This document shows positions 34,603-41,956 of a stretch of DNA of 41,956 nucleotides, piece by piece (positions within the stretch are counted from its first letter, which is position 1; every line of letters begins with the position of its first letter). The notes under the pieces are model-generated. The model ran no database searches. It was not told the origin of the DNA and saw only the letters and a list, made by a program, of their open reading frames with translations. The stretch lies in NCBI RefSeq assembly GCF_006345805.1, contig NW_021831975.1:1-41956 (forward strand), read 5' to 3'. The position numbers and the translations under genes are program-made. This stretch comes from Octopus sinensis. Taxonomy: Eukaryota.

Positions 34603-36457
34603 TTATCATGTACATTGTTTTGTCTTGTATAAAAGATGGGCTACAGCAAATATTCTGCTCAATACACAAGATTGCTGTCAGTTGTTGACCTTAACCAGTT
34701 GAGCATGTCCCTAATGGCTGACGATAATAATAATGATGCATAATCTGATCACGGCATAAGTAGTGGGAGCATCATGCCATGTGTGAAGGGATTCTTTGGG
34801 GTTTGAATAGTTCACCTCTGGAAACATGGGTGGTTCTTTAAACATCCTTAAACAACCCTTATTCAGGACCGTTTGAGCGGGATGGGCTACTCAACCTAAT
34901 AAAGAAGAAAATTCTAATGGGCCCCACCTGCAAGGTATGTTGCTGTTAATGATATGAGATCACCATGATAATGATAACATATGGTTGTGATGCATGTTAA
35001 TGGTGTACCTTTATAATAAGGGTAGTCATGATGGTATATTGGGCTTCGTATATTTTACCCCAGGTCACTTTGATGGCATGAAACTGCTAATCATCAATAA
35101 TAATAATAATAATAATGATGATGAAATAATATAATAATAATAATAATAATAATAATGATAATAATAATAATAATGATAATAATAATAATGATAATAATAA
35201 TAATAATGATGATGATGATGATGATAATAATAATAATAATAATAATAATTATAATAATAATAATAATGATGTTGATAATAATAATAATGATAATGATAAT
35301 AATAATAATGATAATAATAATAATGATAATAATAATAATAATGAATAATAATGATAATAATGATAATGATAATATAATGATAATAATAATAATAATAATG
35401 ATGATGATAATAATAATGATAATAATATTAATAATAATAATAATGATGATGATAATAATAATAATGATAATAATATTAATAATAATAATAATGATTAAAA
35501 TAATAATAATAATAATAATTATCATGTACATTGTTTTGTCTTGGTATAAAAGATGGGCTACACAAATATTCTGCTCAATACCAAGATTTGCTTGTCGTTG
35601 TTTGACCTTAACCAGTGAGCATGTCCCTTAGTGGCTGACGATATGTGCATCTCTGATCACGAGCAGAAGTAGTGGGGGATAATCATAGCCATGTGTTGAG
35701 GGATTCTTTGGGGTTTGAATAGTTCACCTCTGGAAACATGGGTGGTTCTTTCAACATCCTTAAACAACCCTTATTCAGGGACCGTTTGAGCGGGATGTAA
35801 TGGGCTACTCAACTGAAGAAAATTCTACTGGGCCCCCCTGCAAGGTCATGTGCTGTTTATCTTGATATGAGATCACCATTGTCGCGCACATATGGTTGTG
35901 ATGATGTGCCTGGTGTAACTTTATAAGACGGGTAGTAATGATGGGTATATTGGGCTTCGTATATTTTACCCCAGTGTCACTTTGATGGCATGAACTGCCT
36001 AATCACTCATAATAATAATAATAATAATGATGATGATAATAATAATAATAATATAATAATAATAATGATAATATAATAATAATGTGATAATAATAATAAT
36101 GATAATAATAATAATAATGATGATGATGATGATGATAATATAATAATAATAATAATAATTATAATAATAATAATAATGATGTTGATAATAATAATAATGA
36201 TAATGATAATAATAATAATGATAATAATAATAATGATAATAATAATAATAATGATAATAATAATGATAATAATGATAATGATAATAATAATGATAATAAT
36301 AATAATAATAATGATGATGATAATAATAATGATAATAATATTAATAATAATAATAATGATGATGATAATAATAATAATGATAATAATATTAATAATAATA
36401 ATAATGATGATGATAATAATAATAATGATAATAATAATAATAATAATAATGATGATG

Positions 36458-36493
<36 letters not shown>

Positions 36494-37047
36494 GCCCTGA
36501 TGCAGTACCAGGCAGTGGCTCTCATGGCTTCTGATCTTAACTGATTGGAGGTGTTATCATGTACATTGTTTTGTCTTGGTATAAAAGATGGGCTACAGCA
36601 AATATTCTGCTCAATACCACGGATTTGCTTGTCAGTTGTTTGACCTTAACCAGTTGAGCATGTCCCTTAGTGGCTGACGATATGTGCATTTTTGATCACG
36701 AGCAGAAGTAGTGGGGGAGCATCATAGCCATGTGTTGAGAGGGATTCTTTGGGGTTTGAATAGTTCACCTCTGGAAACATGGGTGGTTCTTTCAACATCC
36801 TTAAACAACCCTTATTCAGGGACCGTTTGAGCGGGATGGGCTACTCAACCTGAAGAAAATTCTAGCTGGGCCCCACCTGCAAGGTCATGTGCTGTTTATC
36901 TTGATATGAGATCACCATGTCGCGCACATATGGTTGTGATGCATGTGCCTGGTGTACCTTTATCAGACGGGTAGTCATGATGGGTATATTGGGCTTCGTA
37001 TATTTTACCCCAGTGTCACTTTGATGGCATGAACTGCTCTCTCACTC
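34603..37047. mobile_element. Three copies of a 490-555 bp non-coding element separated by (AAT)n
   Basis: Copies at about 34603-35095, 35519-36008 and 36491-37047 (longest). The first two start at the same internal point, ttatcatgtacattg. Confidence 0.85.
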
Positions 37048-37117
37048 AATAATAATAATAATAATAAAAATAATAATAATGATAATAATAATAATAATAA
37101 TGATAATAATAATAATG

Positions 37118-37160
<43 letters not shown>

Positions 37161-37168
37161 TGATGATG

Positions 37169-37202
<34 letters not shown>

Positions 37203-37216
37203 TGATGATGATAATA

Positions 37217-37247
<31 letters not shown>

Positions 37248-37276
37248 TAATGATGATGATAATAATAATGATGATG

Positions 37277-37323
<47 letters not shown>

Positions 37324-37581
37324 GATAATAATAATAATAATGATAACATTCTATCATCAAGGAAAGCAAAAAATTTGCTATTGATCTCGTGCAGGATACC
37401 CAAACTGAACAACCCAAGGGAAGTACGGCAACTATTGTTGCAAAGAAAGTGAAAATGATGGCAATGAAAAACACGCACGAGCAATTGGCTGATAATTATA
37501 ATAATTATAATAATAATAATAATGATGTTGATAATAATAATAATGATAATGATAATAATAATAATGATAATAATAATAATG

Positions 37582-37650
<69 letters not shown>

Positions 37651-37679
37651 TAATAATAATGATGATAATAATAATAATG

Positions 37680-37713
<34 letters not shown>

Positions 37714-38251
37714 TAATAATAATTCTTTCTACTACAGACAGAAGACCTGAAATTTGGTGGGAGGGGTCCAGTCAATAAGATCGACCCCAAGTACACAACT
37801 GGTACTTAATTTATCAACCCTGAAAGGATGAAAGGCAAAGCTGATCTCAGCAGAATTTGAACTCAGAACATTAAGATGCACTAAATGCTGCCAAGCATTT
37901 TACCAAGCGTGCTAATGGTTCCGCCAGCTCAACACTTTAATAATAATATTACGGAGATGTACTTGCATAGCAAGTGACCTGATCTGAGATCATGTGCTGG
38001 AACGAAAACAATTGCAGCATGGAAGGTGTTTATAAGCCATTTAAGAAACACACAAAATCCATTATATTCACTTCAACATTTAAATTTAATTTGTCAAAAT
38101 ATTTTCGCCACAAGGGCAGCAATATTAGGGGAGGGGATGATTCGATTACATCGACCCCAGTACGCAACTGGTACTTATTTTATCAACCTCGAAAGAGAGT
38201 TAGAGCAAGATTGGCCTCAGTGGAATTTGAACTTAGAACACGAAGTTGAGT

Positions 38252-38302
<51 letters not shown>

Positions 38303-38306
<4 letters not shown>

Positions 38307-38700
38307 TATCTGTAAAGGAATTTGACAAACTTAGTAAATATAAGGACTTAGAAATCGAAATACAAAAGATGTGGAATATTAAAACAAAAACTGTTCCTGT
38401 TATTGTAGGTGCCCTAGGTATGATAAAAAAGGGATGTCAGAAACACCTAGACAATATCCCTGGAGAACCATGTCTCAAGGAAATCCAAAAGATTGTGCTA
38501 ACAAGTACTGCCCACATCCTTAGAAAAACCCTATCAATGTAAATGTTTGTGTTTGTATTACATGGAGATATTTCTCTACTTCCCCTCCCCAAGCTTTCAG
38601 CTATATTTCAACAACTCTTAACCTTCACTTGCCCTAGGGGCACTGGGTGTGCCCCGGCAGGTGATTGCATCAAACATGCAGATTAAAAGTAAATGAAAAT
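38303..38700 (+). mobile_element. 5'-truncated R4/Dong-clade non-LTR retrotransposon in (TAA)n
   Basis: 38303-38542 encodes NISVKEFDKLSKYKDLEIEIQKMW...VPVIVGALG...IQKIVLTSTAHILRKTL*, the restriction-like endonuclease C-terminus. A 3' UTR hairpin lies at 38625-38664, with (TAA)n on both sides. Confidence 0.85.
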
Positions 38701-38829
38701 AATAATAATAATAATAATGATAATAATGAAAATAAGAATAATAATAATAATTATAATAATAATAATAATGAAAAAAATAATAATAATAATAATAATGAAA
38801 ATAATAATAACAATAATAATAATAATGAA

Positions 38830-38869
<40 letters not shown>

Positions 38870-38871
38870 GT

Positions 38872-39205
38872 GAAGGTGCATGGCTCAGTGGTTAGAGCGC
38901 CAAGCTTACGATCATGAGGTTGTGAGCTCGAGTCTCGGACCGAGTGCGTGTTGTGTTCTTGAGTGTGACACTTTATTTCACGTTGCTCCAGTTCACTCAG
39001 CTGTAGAAATGAGTTGCGATGTCACTGGTGCCAAGCTGTATCGACCTTTGTCTTTCCCTTGGATAACACTAATGGCGTGGAGAGGTGAGGCTTGTATGCA
39101 TGGGCAACTGCTGGCCTTCCATAAACAACCTTCCCGGACTTGTGCCTAGGAGGGTAACTTTTTGAGTGCAATCCCACAGTCTGTGTCATGACCGAAGGGG
39201 GGGTT
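38872..39205 (+). mobile_element. tRNA-type SINE (family E related)
   Basis: A box TGGCTCAGTGG, degenerate B box gagctcgagtctc, body gttcttgag...cactttatttcacgttgctccagttcactcagctg. Confidence 0.8.
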
Positions 39206-39407
39206 TCAGAATAATAATAATAATAATATTAATAATAATAATGATCACGACAGTAACTACAGCAACAACAGCCATGCAGACAACAACAAAGAAGAAACAA
39301 CAACTACAAAAACAACAACAATAACATCGAAGTGTTGATTACCTTCAAAAGTCAAACAACGTCGGTATTTGCACGATTCTGAAACAGAAGCAAGCGTATT
39401 AGTTGTA

Positions 39408-39636
39408 TACTCTTTTACTCTTTTACTTGTTTCAGTCATTTGACTGTGGCCAAGCTGGAGCACCACCTTTAATCGAGCAACTCGACCCCAGGACTTATTC
39501 TTTTTGTAAGCCCAGTACTTATTCTATCGGTCTCTTTTGCCGAACCGCTAAGTGACGGGGGATGTAAACACACCAGCATCGGTTGTCAAGCAATGCTAGG
39601 GGGACAAACACAGACACACAAGCATACATGCACAAA

Positions 39637-39682
<46 letters not shown>

Positions 39683-39847
39683 TATGACGGGCTTCTTTCA
39701 GTTTTCGTCTACCAAATCCACTCACAAGGCTTTGGTCGGCCCGAGGCTATAGTAGAAGACACTTCCCAAGGTGCCATGCAGGGGGACTGAACCCGGAACC
39801 ATGTGGTTGGTATACAAGCTACTTACCACACAGCCACTCAATGCGCC
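39408..39847 (-). mobile_element. Full-length SINE family A
   Basis: Same as other family A copies. Confidence 0.92.
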
Positions 39848-40135
39848 CTTTTAAAGCCTAGCCAGGTTCATGGGCCCAGTTTCCCGGTTCCTATGGCGTA
39901 TGTGTTCCCCGGCTGGACGGGATGCCAGTCCATCACAGTGTTACTCATTTTTGCCAGCTGAGTGGACTGGAGCAACGTGAAATGAAGTGTTTTGCTCAAG
40001 AACACAACACATTGCCTGGTCCAGGAATCGAAACCACAATCTTATGATCATGGTGCTGACATGCTAACCATACGTGTGTGTGTGTGTGTGTGAGTATACA
40101 TATGTGAGTGTGTGTGTGAAAATATATATATATTT

Positions 40136-40895
40136 GCAGGAGTGGCTGTGTGGTAAGTAGCTTGCTTACCAACCACATGGTTCCGGGTTCAGTCCCACTG
40201 CGTGGCATCTTGGGTAAGTGTCTTCTGCTATAGCCTCAGGCCGACCAAAGACTTGCGAGTGGATTTGGTAGACGGAAACTGAAAAGAAGCCTGTCGTATA
40301 TATGTATATATATATATATATGGTATGTGTGTGTGTATGTGTTTGTGTGTCTGTGTTTGTACCCCTAGCATTGCTTGACAACCGATGCTGGTGTGTTACG
40401 TCCCCGTCACTTAGCGGTCGGCAAAGAGACCGATAGAATAAGTACTGGGCTTACAAAGAATAAGTCCAGCGGTCGAGTTGCTCGATTAAAGGCGGTGCTC
40501 CAGCATGGCCGCAGTCAAATGACTGAAACAAGTAAAAGAGAAAAAAGAGTATATTATATATATATAAGATTATATATATATATATATATAAAGAGTATAT
40601 ATATATATATATACATATATCCTCTTTTATTCTTTTACTCTCTCTTTTACTTGTTTCATATATGCATATGTGTGTGTATATGTTTGTGTGTCTGTGTTTG
40701 CCCCCTCCCCCAACATCGCTTGACAACCGATGCTGGTGTGTTTACATCCTCGTAACTTAGCGGTTCGGCAAAAGAGGCTGATAGAATAAGTGCTAGGCTT
40801 ACAAAGAATAAGTCCTGGGATCGATTTACTCGACTAAAGGTGGTGCTCCAGTATGGCCACAGTCAAATGACTGACACAAGTAAAAAAGTAAAAAA
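40136..40895 (+). mobile_element. SINE family A (40136-40550) plus a second 3' half (about 40670-40895)
   Basis: Same as other family A copies. Confidence 0.9.
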
Positions 40896-40993
40896 AGAAT
40901 ATATATACATATATATACACCAGAGTAAACACATAAATGTGAAACAAGGTGGAAAAAAGAGTACTCAAATACCAGTGGTAGAGTAATATACTT

Positions 40994-41144
40994 TATTTAA
41001 AGCACAGAAAATTCAACAAAACCTGTTACTCTGAGTTTCCCGTTGCCGTTCATCGGACAGTTTTTGCTAGAAAAAACTGTCCGATGAACGGCAACGGGAA
41101 ACACAGAATAACAGGTTTTGTTGAATTTTCTGCTGCTTTAAATA
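40994..41144. ncRNA. 150 bp palindrome with two divergent hammerhead-like motifs, 41023-41060(-) and 41077-41114(+)
   Basis: Each arm reads CTGT-CCGATGA-a-CG gcaa CG-g-GAAA-ctcagag-TA-ACAG; the right arm has cacagaa in stem III. Palindrome centre near 41068. Confidence 0.65.
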
Positions 41145-41187
41145 ATACATATATATACATACATGAATATATATAAATATATATATA

Positions 41188-41525
41188 TGGTGGTTGTCTA
41201 CTCCTTATACAGAGTTTTACCACCTCCTGCGCCTACACCTTAGCACCATCATGGCATGTGATGTGGCTTTTTAAATCAATGTTCTGAAAAGACACCCACA
41301 TAGATTGCACATCCGGTTTGGACCACCAAGAGCTGCAGATAAGTTCTGCTCTTTATGATCTTAAAATGTCTTTTGAGGCCTCCGTTGGATTTACAAACCT
41401 TCTTGCATATGCTGCATTCAAAGGTGTGCACAGACATATAGGCAGAAGAGTTGGTGGAGGTTCCATTTCCATGGGTTCACAGATGAGATTTGAGCCCAGC
41501 AAAAGACAAGCAGGGTCTCTCACAA
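41188..41525 (-). pseudogene. Decayed RTE/BovB-type LINE 3' end encoding three C2H2-like zinc fingers
   Basis: Translates CERPCLSFAGLKSHL*TH...FECSICKKVCKSNGGLKRHFKI...CNLCGCLFRTL..KSHITCH with a stop and frameshifts. A short stem-loop tail and (TA)n follow. Confidence 0.7.
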
Positions 41526-41956
41526 AACACACACACATACAATTTTACTTGTTTCAGTCATTTGACTGTGGCCACAGGGATTTTGACCTTTAAATTTTGG
41601 GTAAAAATGCAGATTGTACTTGAGGATTTACGGTAATTGTTTATAGTATCATTCTTTAAAGTTCAGATATAGTTAGATAGTGAGGTATCTTTTTAAGTAT
41701 CTAAATGTATACATTTGTTGTGCAAAGCTTCTTTTAAAAGGATTTCTAGTAAATCCCATATAGTTCTCTGTTTCACTGTATTTGTAAGAGAGCTTAGCCT
41801 TGATAAGCTAAAGCTTTATAAAAACACATACATTTGCGAGAAAACATATATTAGTATTCTTGCATTTACTTAGAGAAGAATTTGGCAAGTTCCTACTGGA
41901 AGTTTTTCTTCCTTCTTTTTGTACTGGGTATGGAAGTACTGAAATTCTAGTTAATC

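Larger units (their letters stand above)
34290..39245. repeat. 5 kb (AAC)n/(AAT)n/(GAT)n field with embedded elements
   Basis: Seen directly; source of the poly-I and poly-N ORFs. Confidence 0.95.

Noticed and set aside
34343-38917. Poly-Ile and poly-Asn ORFs
   Set aside because: (AAT)n translations; only 38303-38542 is genuine retroelement coding sequence.
38872-38950. Possible tRNA gene (also other SINE heads)
   Set aside because: No complete cloverleaf or terminator; continues into a SINE body.

Overview
Eukaryotic, AT-rich, repeat-dominated DNA. The SINE families, (TA)n/(TAA)n microsatellite load and LINE remnants look like octopus (coleoid cephalopod) DNA; this is inferred from remembered repeat sequences, not from a search. 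Almost every ORF in the track is a microsatellite or repeat artefact. One probable host coding exon lies on the minus strand (21921->21760, 54 aa, phase-0 AAG|GTAAGT donor) and resembles the wedge region just before a protein-tyrosine-phosphatase domain. Upstream of it are a long GC-rich leader, an NRF1-like motif near 25960 and a 13 kb zone with no young SINEs. The rest is nested mobile DNA: several tRNA-type SINE families (two amplified into tandem arrays), CR1, RTE and R4/Dong LINE fragments, a mariner remnant, two piggyBac-type MITEs and a Helitron. The most striking unannotated signal is about ten type I hammerhead-ribozyme-like motifs of Penelope/retrozyme style. They include a 351-352 bp tandem repeat with one hammerhead per unit, a palindrome with two divergent hammerheads, and variants with long stem II. 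No ribozyme activity or expression can be shown from sequence alone.
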